Assembly (NCBI GenBank): GCA_964248555.1
Contig: CAXTZL010000001.1
Coordinates: 1 to 51,193, forward strand
Direction of reading: 5' to 3'
From: an uncultured Bryocella sp.
GTDB taxonomy: Bacteria > Acidobacteriota > Terriglobia > Terriglobales > Acidobacteriaceae
DNA length: 51,193 nucleotides
Below the pieces are notes generated by a model. The model was not told where the DNA came from. It was given only the letters and a program-made list of their open reading frames with translations, and did not search any database. Position numbers and translations under genes: made by a program. Of this stretch, positions 1 through 8,245 are shown piece by piece (within the stretch, counting starts at the first letter, position 1; each line of letters begins with the position of its first letter).

Positions 1-830
1 CCTTTGCCGAACGGACAGCCAAGCAGTTTCTCGCGGCGGTGCAGCATGCGGGTGAAATTTATCGCGCGCTTGCCGAAGCCAAGGGAGAGGGCAAGTTCGT
101 TACTGAAATCTCCATGGACGAAACCGACAATCCGCAGACACCGCCGGAGCTGTTGATCATTCTGGCCGCCGTGGCGGACGAAAAGATCCCCATCCAGACG
201 ATCGCACCGAAATTTACCGGACGCTTCAACAAGGGTGTGGATTATGCCGGCGATGCTGCGCAGTTTGCCAAGGAGTTTCGCAACGACCTGGCCACCATCG
301 CGTACGCCGTGGAGCGCTACCGCCTGCCTGCGAATTTGAAGCTCAGCGTCCACTCCGGCTCGGACAAGTTTTCGATCTACAGCGCCATCGCGAAGGGTCT
401 TCAGGAGTTCGATGCGGGCGTACACGTGAAGACGGCGGGTACCACGTGGCTGGAGGAGCTCATCGGACTCGCGGAGGCCGGTGGAAGTGGGCTGGAACTT
501 GCCAAGGAGGTGTATGTTGAAGCCTTCTCGCATGCCGAGGAGCTCTGTGCTCCCTATGCCACAGTGATCGATATCGACAAGACCAAGCTGCCCGCGCCGG
601 AGATGGTGAGCGGCTGGACAAGCGAGCAGTTTGCCCGCGCGCTGCGCCACAACGAAGACGATGGGCACTACAACCCGAACATGCGGCAACTGCTGCACGT
701 CGGCTTCAAAGTTGCGGCCAAGATGGGCAAGCGGTACACCGATGCGCTCGAGGCCAACGAGGAGATCGTCGCCAAAAACGTGACGGAGAACCTGTTCGAG
801 CGGCACATCAAGCCGATCTTTCTCGCCTAA
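1..830 (+). CDS. uxaE: Tagaturonate/fructuronate epimerase (UxaE family), 5'-truncated by the window edge
   Basis: The frame is open from base 3. Motifs EISMDET, APKFTGRFNKGVDY, KLSVHSGSDKF, HVKTAGTTWLEE and RQLLHVGFK are typical of UxaE. Confidence 0.85.
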   Translation, partial: FAERTAKQFLAAVQHAGEIYRALAEAKGEGKFVTEISMDETDNPQTPPELLIILAAVADEKIPIQTIAPKFTGRFNKGVDYAGDAAQFAKEFRNDLATIAYAVERYRLPANLKLSVHSGSDKFSIYSAIAKGLQEFDAGVHVKTAGTTWLEELIGLAEAGGSGLELAKEVYVEAFSHAEELCAPYATVIDIDKTKLPAPEMVSGWTSEQFARALRHNEDDGHYNPNMRQLLHVGFKVAAKMGKRYTDALEANEEIVAKNVTENLFERHIKPIFLA

Positions 831-843
831 TTCTTACGCGGGG

Positions 844-892
844 CAAGAAGGGCAGGGTTGCCGGTGTGGCTTCCCTGCCCTTCTTGTTTTTT
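844..892 (+). terminator. Intrinsic terminator of uxaE
   Basis: Perfect 14-bp stem CAAGAAGGGCAGGG (844-857) / CCCTGCCCTTCTTG (873-886) followed by T6. Confidence 0.9.
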
Positions 893-1010
893 AGATGGAT
901 CGTTAGCGCGAATCACCTCCGCGCGGGTTTCAGTGGCATAGTGCGTCCGTCTGTGAGCGGCGTTTCCAATCCCAACAGGTGCGTGATGAAGGGTACACGT
1001 CGATTTGGTC

Positions 1011-1075
1011 CACCTGCACGAAGGGCGTGAGCTTCAAGCTTACGCGACACCCAAGCTTGAAGCCGAGAGCAGGTG
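1011..1075. repeat. Nested inverted repeat (hairpin) downstream of hom
   Basis: GCTTCAAGCTT (1031-1041) / AAGCTTGAAGC (1053-1063) enclosed by CACCTGC (1011-1017) / GCAGGTG (1069-1075). Confidence 0.6.
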
Positions 1076-1127
1076 CAGGAGGCGATGGCGAGGCAGCATC
1101 CGGTCTTTTTCCGTGGGGCGCTGGAAG

Positions 1128-2474
1128 TCAGTCCGTTTCCGGATCATTTACGACAAGAATTTCAAGTACGAGCGGAGGTTCGGCAAGCGCGTCCATGTTC
1201 GACATCTCCGCCACGGCGGCGTCCACCGTCGAGCGTAGACAAGGCTCTGTGGTGACGACAAACGGAAGCCGGTGCGCGGGGTAGCCACGGCGCTGTACGA
1301 TGGAGTCGATGTTGACCCCAAATTTTGCAAGCGCTCCGGAGATGGCGGCGATGATGCCGGGCTTGTCGTCCACGACGAAGCGCAGGTAATGCGGTGCGTG
1401 TACATCGCCCGTAACGCGGAAGCGAGCCGCATGCCGCTGCACGGGGAAGCTGTCGCCTGCCACTGCAAGCACGTCGCTCATGACGGCTACCGCTGTTGCG
1501 TGACCGCCCGCGCCGTGTCCGCTGAGCACGACATCGCCGCCGAAGCGGCCACTGGTGACGACCATGTTCTGCGTCCCGTGTGACCAGGCGACGGGCGAGG
1601 TTTTTGGCACCAGCATGGGACCCACGCGGGCGTACGCGGCAGGCTCCCTATCGATCCCTGCCGGCAAATCGATTACCTGCGCGCGGGAGACCTGGCGAAT
1701 GGTGCAATTGAGTTCCTTTGCGTAGGCGAAATCGATCGCCGTTACCTGCGAGATACTCTGTGCGGGCACCTCTTCGAGCTTGAGCTCGGCTTCCAGCGCG
1801 AGCCGGGCAAGGATGCACAGCTTGGCGCGCGCGTCGTGGCCGTCAACATCGGCGGAGGGGTCGGCCTCGGCGTAGCCCAGCCGCTGCGCCTCACGCAGGA
1901 CATCAGGGTAGTCGGCACCGGCTTCCATGGCGCTCAGAATGAAGTTGCAGGTGCCATTCAGGATGCCGCTGAGGCGCAGAAGGCGATCGCCGCTGAGACC
2001 CTGCGCGATGCCCGGCAAAACGGGCACGCCACCCGCAACCGCCGCGCCGTAAAGAAGCTGCACGCCGTGCTTCCGCGCCAGAGCGAACAGTTCCGGCCCC
2101 TGGTGCGCGATGAGCTGCTTGTTGGCGGTAACCACGTGCTTGCCCGCGGCAAGCGCACGCTGTACCCAGGCACCCACGGGATCGAGCCCGCCCATGAGTT
2201 CCACGACAAGGTGAACACCGGGCGCGTCCAGGACCTCCTCGATGAGGTCAGTCCAGACCGTATCGGCGGATAGAAAGCGAGCACGTTCGTGCGTGCGCTT
2301 GCGTTCCACCTCGCGGTTGAACACATGCGTGATGCGGAGATCAGAACGGCCCCTGGCGGCAAGGACCTCCGCAAAGCTGCTGCCCACGGTGCCAAAGCCC
2401 AGCAGCGCGATGTGCAGCGTGGGCGGGCTTCCCGCGGACGAATGCCCCACGTTGGCGAGAACAGAATCAGGCAT
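1128..2474 (-). CDS. hom: Homoserine dehydrogenase with C-terminal ACT domain
   Basis: Rossmann LGFGTVG, HVVTANK, GILNGTCNFIL, GYAEADPSADVDGHDARAK; ACT domain YLRFVVDDKPGII. Confidence 0.93.
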   Translation of the reverse strand: MPDSVLANVGHSSAGSPPTLHIALLGFGTVGSSFAEVLAARGRSDLRITHVFNREVERKRTHERARFLSADTVWTDLIEEVLDAPGVHLVVELMGGLDPVGAWVQRALAAGKHVVTANKQLIAHQGPELFALARKHGVQLLYGAAVAGGVPVLPGIAQGLSGDRLLRLSGILNGTCNFILSAMEAGADYPDVLREAQRLGYAEADPSADVDGHDARAKLCILARLALEAELKLEEVPAQSISQVTAIDFAYAKELNCTIRQVSRAQVIDLPAGIDREPAAYARVGPMLVPKTSPVAWSHGTQNMVVTSGRFGGDVVLSGHGAGGHATAVAVMSDVLAVAGDSFPVQRHAARFRVTGDVHAPHYLRFVVDDKPGIIAAISGALAKFGVNIDSIVQRRGYPAHRLPFVVTTEPCLRSTVDAAVAEMSNMDALAEPPLVLEILVVNDPETD

Positions 2475-2948
2475 CTAGTACTCCACCCGGTAGGGGCTTG
2501 CATGCCAGGCGTCGAAGCTGCTCTGCGCTTCCTCACCCAGCAGACGTTCGATGGGGATGCTGCGCTGATCGAGTGGCTTCCTGACCTCTTCGTAGAGAAA
2601 CAAATCGTCAAAGCCGGCGTGCGCGGCACCGGCTGCGTCGTTGCCGTAAAAGATGGCGCGGCAGCGGGACCAGTAGAGCGCCGCAAGACACATCGGACAG
2701 GGTTCGCAGCTGGTGTAGACATCGCAATCGGTCAGCTGAAAGGTGCCGAGCGCCTGGCAGGCGTTGCGAATGGCGACGACCTCGGCGTGGGCGGTGGGAT
2801 CGTTGGAGGCGGTGACCTGGTTGGCTCCGGTGGCGATGACCACGCCGTCTTTCACCACCACCGCGCCAAATGGTCCGCCGCGGCCGTGCCGAACGTTCTC
2901 TGTGGCCAATTGAATGGCCTGCTGCATAAATTCGGGGCTTCCGGGCAT
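2475..2948 (-). CDS. guaD: Guanine deaminase, cytidine-deaminase (Bacillus GuaD) type
   Basis: GGPFGAVVV, NDPTAHAE and YTSCEPCPMC zinc motifs, C-terminal Tyr, purine catabolism context. Start moved to ATG 2948 (MPGSPEFM); the ORF-track extension overlaps allB antisense. Confidence 0.82.
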   Translation of the reverse strand: MPGSPEFMQQAIQLATENVRHGRGGPFGAVVVKDGVVIATGANQVTASNDPTAHAEVVAIRNACQALGTFQLTDCDVYTSCEPCPMCLAALYWSRCRAIFYGNDAAGAAHAGFDDLFLYEEVRKPLDQRSIPIERLLGEEAQSSFDAWHASPYRVEY

Positions 2949-2961
2949 AATCAGCATCATG
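2946..2961. promoter_or_regulatory. Putative overlapping bidirectional -10 elements for leaderless guaD and allB
   Basis: Plus strand CATAAT (2946-2951)+7 nt+ATG 2959; minus strand CATGAT (2961-2956)+7 nt+ATG 2948. Confidence 0.55.
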
Positions 2962-4335
2962 GTACATGCTCTCCGTTCGCGCCGCGTGGTCACGCCCGAG
3001 GGCGAACGCCCTGCCGCGGTGGTGGTCGACGGCGAGCGGATTGCGTCGGTTGTAGATCCGGAGCAGCTGGATCGGGCGATTCCCTGCGATGACCTCGGCG
3101 ATCTTCCCCTGCTGCCGGGCCTGATGGATGTCCATACGCACCTAAATGAGCCGGGCCGCACGGAGTGGGAGGGCTTCGCGACGGGTACGCGCGCCGCAGC
3201 CGCCGGGGGCTTCACCACGCTCGTGGACATGCCGCTGAACTGCTTGCCGGAGACCACGAACGTGGCGGCGCTCGCGGCCAAGCGCGCGGCTGCAGCCGGG
3301 AAGGCGCTGGTGGATTACGCCCTGTGGGGCGGCGCGGTGGACGGCAACCAGGCTGACCTCGCGCCGCTGGCAGCCGCCGGTGTCCCGGGATTCAAGTGCT
3401 TTCTGCTCTATCCCGGATGCGAGGGTTTTACCTCCATCGACTACGGCAACCTGCGCCGTGCCCTGCCCGCAATCGCGGCGAGTGGACTGCCGCTGCTGGT
3501 GCATGCGGAGCTGGCCGCGCCGATCGAGGCCGCAACCGCCGCGCTGAACGCCGAGGGAGCCGATTGGCGCCGCTACGCCACGTACCTGGCCTCACGGCCG
3601 GACGCGGCCGAGGTGCAGGCCATCGAGCTTTTGCTTGCGCTCTGCCGCGAGTTCCGCTTTCGCCTGCACATCGTGCATGTGGCTTCGGCGCAAGCCTTGC
3701 CTCCTCTCGCAGCGGCCAAGCGCGAAGGCCTGCCGGTCACGGCGGAGACGTGCCCGCACTACCTGCACCTGCCTGCCGAGGCGATTCCCGATGGAGCCAC
3801 GGAGTTCAAGTGTGCTCCCCCGCTGCGCTCGGCTGCCCATCGCGAGGCGTTGTGGGCGGGGTTGCTGGACGGCACGCTGGACCTCGTGGCGACGGACCAC
3901 TCGCCCTGTCCGCCTGCGATGAAAACGTCGGCTGGGGGCCGTTTCGACCGCGCCTGGGGCGGCATTGCTTCGCTTTCCACGGCGCTGCCGGTTATGTGGA
4001 CTGAATGCGTGCAGCGCGGGATTCCACTTACAAAGCTGACTCACTGGATGAGCACGGCACCAGCCGCGCTGGCAAGTCTTTCGGACCGTGTCGGGGCCAT
4101 TGCTCCGGGCCGTTTTGCAAATCTGGTCGCCTTTGACCCGGAAGCCCGTGCAACGGTTACACCGGACCGCCTGCACTACCGGCATCCCATCTCGCCGTAC
4201 ATGGGAGAAGCGTTACGGGGTGTTGTACGCTCGACCTGGGTACGCGGGGCGTGCGTCTTCAGGCAGACCGACGGGAAAGCCGAATTTGTGGGTACGCCCG
4301 CGGGCGTCGAGTACCGACTGGGAACGAGATCATGA
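2959..4335 (+). CDS. allB: Allantoinase (metal-dependent amidohydrolase)
   Basis: DVHTHLNEPGRTEWEGF, GGFTTLVDMPLN, FKCF (carboxylated Lys), HAE, ETCPHYL, FKCAPPLR, TDHSPCP, WGGI. Confidence 0.93.
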   Translation: MVHALRSRRVVTPEGERPAAVVVDGERIASVVDPEQLDRAIPCDDLGDLPLLPGLMDVHTHLNEPGRTEWEGFATGTRAAAAGGFTTLVDMPLNCLPETTNVAALAAKRAAAAGKALVDYALWGGAVDGNQADLAPLAAAGVPGFKCFLLYPGCEGFTSIDYGNLRRALPAIAASGLPLLVHAELAAPIEAATAALNAEGADWRRYATYLASRPDAAEVQAIELLLALCREFRFRLHIVHVASAQALPPLAAAKREGLPVTAETCPHYLHLPAEAIPDGATEFKCAPPLRSAAHREALWAGLLDGTLDLVATDHSPCPPAMKTSAGGRFDRAWGGIASLSTALPVMWTECVQRGIPLTKLTHWMSTAPAALASLSDRVGAIAPGRFANLVAFDPEARATVTPDRLHYRHPISPYMGEALRGVVRSTWVRGACVFRQTDGKAEFVGTPAGVEYRLGTRS

Positions 4336-4862
4336 GCGACCTCCTCGAAGCCTGGAATGCCATGCCGCCAGATGAGGCCGCGCAGGCAATTCTGCCGTGT
4401 AATGGGTCGCTCGCCTGGGCGCGGGCCATGGGTCTGCAACGGCCTTTCACGACCGCAGAAAGCTTTTTCATCGCAGCAGACAAGGCCTGGCGCTCGCTTT
4501 CCCTCCAGGACTGGCAGCAGGCCTTCAACAGCCACCCGCGCATTGGGGAAGCCCATGCGAAAGCCGCGAGCGCGCAGAGCCTTGCCTGGAGCAAGGGTGA
4601 GCAGAGCGCGGCATCGTCCGAGGACGCCACCCGGGCCGCGCTGGTGGAGGGCAACCGTGCCTACGAGGTTCGCTTTGGCCGCATTTTCCTGGTGTGCGCC
4701 ACGGGCAAGAGCGCGGCAGAGATGCTGGCAATTCTTCAACGGCGGCTCGCAAACGATTCCGCTACCGAATGGCTGGAGGCTGCCGAGCAGCAGCGCCGCA
4801 TCACGCAACTGCGCCTGCGCAAGTGGCTCGGACTGCCTCCCGCGCGCTGTGACAGCGTGTAA
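4332..4862 (+). CDS. uraD: OHCU decarboxylase
   Basis: AFNSHPRIG, SKGEQS, GNRAYEVRFGRIFLVCATGK, EQQRRITQLRL; ATGA overlap with the allB stop. Confidence 0.9.
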   Translation: MSDLLEAWNAMPPDEAAQAILPCNGSLAWARAMGLQRPFTTAESFFIAADKAWRSLSLQDWQQAFNSHPRIGEAHAKAASAQSLAWSKGEQSAASSEDATRAALVEGNRAYEVRFGRIFLVCATGKSAAEMLAILQRRLANDSATEWLEAAEQQRRITQLRLRKWLGLPPARCDSV

Positions 4863-4875
4863 AGTAGGCTCACAC

Positions 4876-5211
4876 ATGGGACTTTCCACACACGTTCTCG
4901 ACACCGCGCTGGGCAAGCCCGCGAGTGGCGTTCCCCTGGTGCTTTCGCGGCAGACGGGGGGCGCCTGGGCGCAGATCGGCCAGGGAATAACCGACGACGA
5001 GGGCCGCTGCCGTACCCTGCTCGGCGAAGCGGCGCTTGAGACCGGCCTTTATCGCCTTCGCTTCGGCATCGCGCCCTATTTTGCCAGGCAGCGGCTCACG
5101 CCGCTCTACCCTTATGTCGAGATCGTCTTCAATGTGGCCGATCCGGCGCAGCACTACCACATTCCGCTGCTCGCCACGGCCAACGGTTATACGACCTACC
5201 GCGGCAGCTGA
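4876..5211 (+). CDS. uraH: 5-hydroxyisourate hydrolase (transthyretin-like), cytoplasmic form
   Basis: LSTHVLDT..GKPA, DGRC, HYHIPLL and C-terminal YRGS signature; no signal peptide. Confidence 0.93.
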   Translation: MGLSTHVLDTALGKPASGVPLVLSRQTGGAWAQIGQGITDDEGRCRTLLGEAALETGLYRLRFGIAPYFARQRLTPLYPYVEIVFNVADPAQHYHIPLLATANGYTTYRGS

Positions 5212-5257
5212 CCGCAGATTCAGGTTGATTGGATACCACCAAGGAGCTGGGCAGCCC

Positions 5258-6130
5258 ATGGCAACCCCCAACGCAGTAAGCCTCGTGAGCCATCGCTACG
5301 GCAAGTCGCGCGTGCGCCTGATGCGCGTTACGCGGCATGAGACGCACCACGACCTCGAAGATTGGACCCTCGAGGTGTTGGTGACAGGCGACTTTGCCGA
5401 GGTCTTCACCGAAGGCGACAATACCCGCATTCTGACCACCGACACCATGAAGAACACGGTGTACTTCGTGGCGCGCGGGTCGAAGGCCCGGTCCATCGAA
5501 GAGTTCGCAGCCGAGTTGATCGAGTTCCTGCTTAGCCGCAATCCACAGATAAGCGAGGTGGAGGTGAACATTGAATCGCACCTGTGGAAGCGGCTCACCG
5601 TGGAGGGCGAGCCGTACCCGACCGCCTTCATGAAGGGCTCCGACGAGCGGGGGACGGCGCAGCTTGCCCGCACGCGGGACGGCGCTCTGTCGGTGCACAG
5701 CGGATTCCGCGAAATGACGTTGCTGAAGACCGCGCAGTCAGGTTTCGTCGGCTACATCAAGGACGAGTTGACGACCCTGCCCGAAACCACGGACCGCCTA
5801 TTCGGCACCTCGGTCGCGGCTACGTGGAGCTACACGCCGGAGGCACTTGCCGAGGGCATTGATTTCAACAAGGTGCGGCATCCTCTCCGCGAACGCATGG
5901 TCACCACCTTTGCCCGGCATGACTCCCTCAGCGTGCAGCAGACGCTGTATGCGATGGCCGAAGCCGCGCTCGGCCATACGGACGCGATCGACGAGGTGTT
6001 CCTGCGTATGCCCAACAAGCACAATCTCCTGGTGGATCTCGCGCGCTTCCGGACCGACAATCCCAACACAATTTTCGTGCCAACCGATGAGCCGCACGGA
6101 ACCATTGAAGCTACGGTGCGGCGTGGCTGA
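5258..6130 (+). CDS. pucL: Factor-independent urate oxidase (uricase)
   Basis: YGKSRVR, TDTMKNTV, LLKTAQSGFVGY, TTLPETTDRL, SLSVQQTLY, MPNKH, EPHGTIEA; SD AAGGAG at 5241-5246. Confidence 0.93.
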   Translation: MATPNAVSLVSHRYGKSRVRLMRVTRHETHHDLEDWTLEVLVTGDFAEVFTEGDNTRILTTDTMKNTVYFVARGSKARSIEEFAAELIEFLLSRNPQISEVEVNIESHLWKRLTVEGEPYPTAFMKGSDERGTAQLARTRDGALSVHSGFREMTLLKTAQSGFVGYIKDELTTLPETTDRLFGTSVAATWSYTPEALAEGIDFNKVRHPLRERMVTTFARHDSLSVQQTLYAMAEAALGHTDAIDEVFLRMPNKHNLLVDLARFRTDNPNTIFVPTDEPHGTIEATVRRG

Positions 6131-7376
6131 GATCTTCAGCAGCCCGCGCGCGGCCCGAATCATCGCACGCTGCCGCGAGCTGGCCACCGTCACCGATGTT
6201 CCCGGCGAAACCACGCGCCTGTTCCTTTCCCCCGCCACACGCGACGCGCACACCCTCGTCGGCTGGTGGATGCGCCAGGCCGGGCTGGAGGTGCGGGTCG
6301 ATGGCGTGGGCAGCTTGCGCGGCCTGCGCCGGGCGGGCAGCGGCGAGGCAGGCAGTACCGCACACGACACACCGACCCTCGTGCTGTTCTCACACCTGGA
6401 CACCGTGCCCAATGCCGGCGCCTTCGACGGTCCCCTTGGGGTACTGCTGGGGCTTGCGGCCGTTGAGGAGCTTGCCGGGGAGCCGCTTCCTTTTCACCTT
6501 GAGCTGATCGCCTTCAGCGAGGAGGAAGGGGTTCGCTTCGGGTTTCCGTTTCTGGCCTCGATGGCCGCGGTGGGCGAGCTCGCCCCGGAGCATCTTCAGC
6601 GAACCGACAGGGACGGGGTCAGCCTCGCCGAGGCGCTCCGGGCTTTTGGTCTGGATCCCGCGACCGCCCTGTCCAACTCAGCCCTCCGCCCCAACACCCG
6701 GGCGGCTCTGGAGGTCCACATTGAGCAGGGCCCCGTTCTGGAGGGCGAGGATGTGCCGCTCGGCATCGTGGAGGCCGTCATTGGCCAGTCCAGGCTGGAG
6801 CTGACCTTTACCGGGCAGGCCAACCATGCCGGCACCACCCCCATGCCGCTGCGCCGTGACGCCCTGGTAGCCGCGGCGCAGTGGATTGCCGAGGTGGAGC
6901 GCTTCGCCCTCGGCTACAAGCAGCTGGTCGCCACGGTGGGCCGCGTTGAGGTCTTCCCCGGCGCCACCAACGTCATCCCCGGCGAGGTACGCGTTTCGCT
7001 CGACGTACGCCATCCTGCCGACGAGTCACGCCATGCCGCGGTAGCGCGGCTGCTCACGAGCGCCGAAACGCTTGGCCGCCAGCGCGAGGTACGCGTGCGC
7101 GGCCGGGTGCTCTCCGAGCAGGCCGCCGTGCCCCTGAGCACGCCCCTGGCTGACGGCCTTGCTGCGGCCGCCGAGGTCAGCGCCTATGGCAGCCGCCGCA
7201 TGTTTTCCGGCGCCGGCCACGACGCCATGATCCTGGCCCCGCATCTGCCGACGGCCATGCTGTTCGTGCGGTCGCCCGGCGGCCTCAGCCATCACCCGGA
7301 AGAGACCGTGCAGGAGGCCGACGTCGAAGCTGCCCTGGCCACGGTGCTTGAGCTGATCGCCAGTCTGCACCTTTGA
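6123..7376 (+). CDS. allC: Allantoate amidohydrolase (M20 family)
   Basis: SHLDTVPNAGAFDGPLG, FSEEEGVRFG, EVHIEQGPVLE, GQANHAGTTPM, SGAGHDA, SHHPEE. A GTG start at 6123 overlapping the uricase stop is inferred. Confidence 0.85.
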   Translation: MAEIFSSPRAARIIARCRELATVTDVPGETTRLFLSPATRDAHTLVGWWMRQAGLEVRVDGVGSLRGLRRAGSGEAGSTAHDTPTLVLFSHLDTVPNAGAFDGPLGVLLGLAAVEELAGEPLPFHLELIAFSEEEGVRFGFPFLASMAAVGELAPEHLQRTDRDGVSLAEALRAFGLDPATALSNSALRPNTRAALEVHIEQGPVLEGEDVPLGIVEAVIGQSRLELTFTGQANHAGTTPMPLRRDALVAAAQWIAEVERFALGYKQLVATVGRVEVFPGATNVIPGEVRVSLDVRHPADESRHAAVARLLTSAETLGRQREVRVRGRVLSEQAAVPLSTPLADGLAAAAEVSAYGSRRMFSGAGHDAMILAPHLPTAMLFVRSPGGLSHHPEETVQEADVEAALATVLELIASLHL

Positions 7377-7469
7377 AGGGGGGGCTCGTGATGGGTTGAA
7401 CGCTTGCTTCCGGCGAACGAACCGAGGGAACACCACCTGCCCCTTTCCGCCTGGGAGGCCCCTGTCTCG

Positions 7470-7475
7470 TACAAT
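7470..7475 (+). promoter_or_regulatory. Putative -10 element, leaderless-type, for allE
   Basis: TACAAT 8 nt before ATG 7484; no SD. Confidence 0.55.
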
Positions 7476-7483
7476 GACGGCAG

Positions 7484-8245
7484 ATGCATCACCTTGGCCT
7501 GACGCGAAGCACGAACCGCCGTGATCACCTGCTGCAAACGCCGGACACTTTTGTCCGCACCGTCCTTCCCGGTCTGTCCAGGGGAAAGGTCGTTGTGCAT
7601 GCGGCGCCGCAGATGGGCGCGGCCTTTTCCATGATGACCGTGGAGTTCGAGGCGGGCGGCGTTCTTGAGGAGGGTCCCGGCGAGCGCTTTGTTTACGTGC
7701 TTGATGGTTCACTCACTGCCTCGGAAGCCGGTTTCCCCCAGCCGCAGATGCTGCCGCCCGGAGGATTTGCCTTCTTTCCCGAAGACCTCTCACACCAGCT
7801 CACGGCCGAGGTCGCCACCCGGGCGATCGTAATCGAAAAGCCGCACAATCCGCTGGCACCGGCACTGTTCAACGATCCGCACGACGACTATCCGGCCTGC
7901 GCCATCGGCTACGAGCCGGGAATCGCCCCCACGCCGCTGAACGGCGATGCCGCCCTGCAGGTGCGCACCCTGCTGCCGGAAGCGCTTGCCTTTGACCTGG
8001 CTGTGAACACGATGACCTATGCTCCCGGAAGCTCGCTGGCCCAGGTGGAGGTCCACTACATGGAGCACGGCCTCCTGATGCTGGAGGGCGGCGGAATCTA
8101 CAGGCTGGGCGATGCGTGGTACCCCGTCGAAGCCGGCGACTTTCTCTGGATGGCTCCCTTTTGTCCGCAATGGTTCGCCGCTGTCGGCAAAACACCCGCG
8201 AAATACTTGCTCTACAAGGATTGCCACCGCAACGTGATCGCATGA
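7484..8245 (+). CDS. allE: (S)-ureidoglycine aminohydrolase (bicupin)
   Basis: ERFVYVLDG, EVHYMEHGLLMLEGGGIYRLG..WYPV.AGD..WMAPFCPQWF, YLLYKD. Confidence 0.9.
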   Translation: MHHLGLTRSTNRRDHLLQTPDTFVRTVLPGLSRGKVVVHAAPQMGAAFSMMTVEFEAGGVLEEGPGERFVYVLDGSLTASEAGFPQPQMLPPGGFAFFPEDLSHQLTAEVATRAIVIEKPHNPLAPALFNDPHDDYPACAIGYEPGIAPTPLNGDAALQVRTLLPEALAFDLAVNTMTYAPGSSLAQVEVHYMEHGLLMLEGGGIYRLGDAWYPVEAGDFLWMAPFCPQWFAAVGKTPAKYLLYKDCHRNVIA

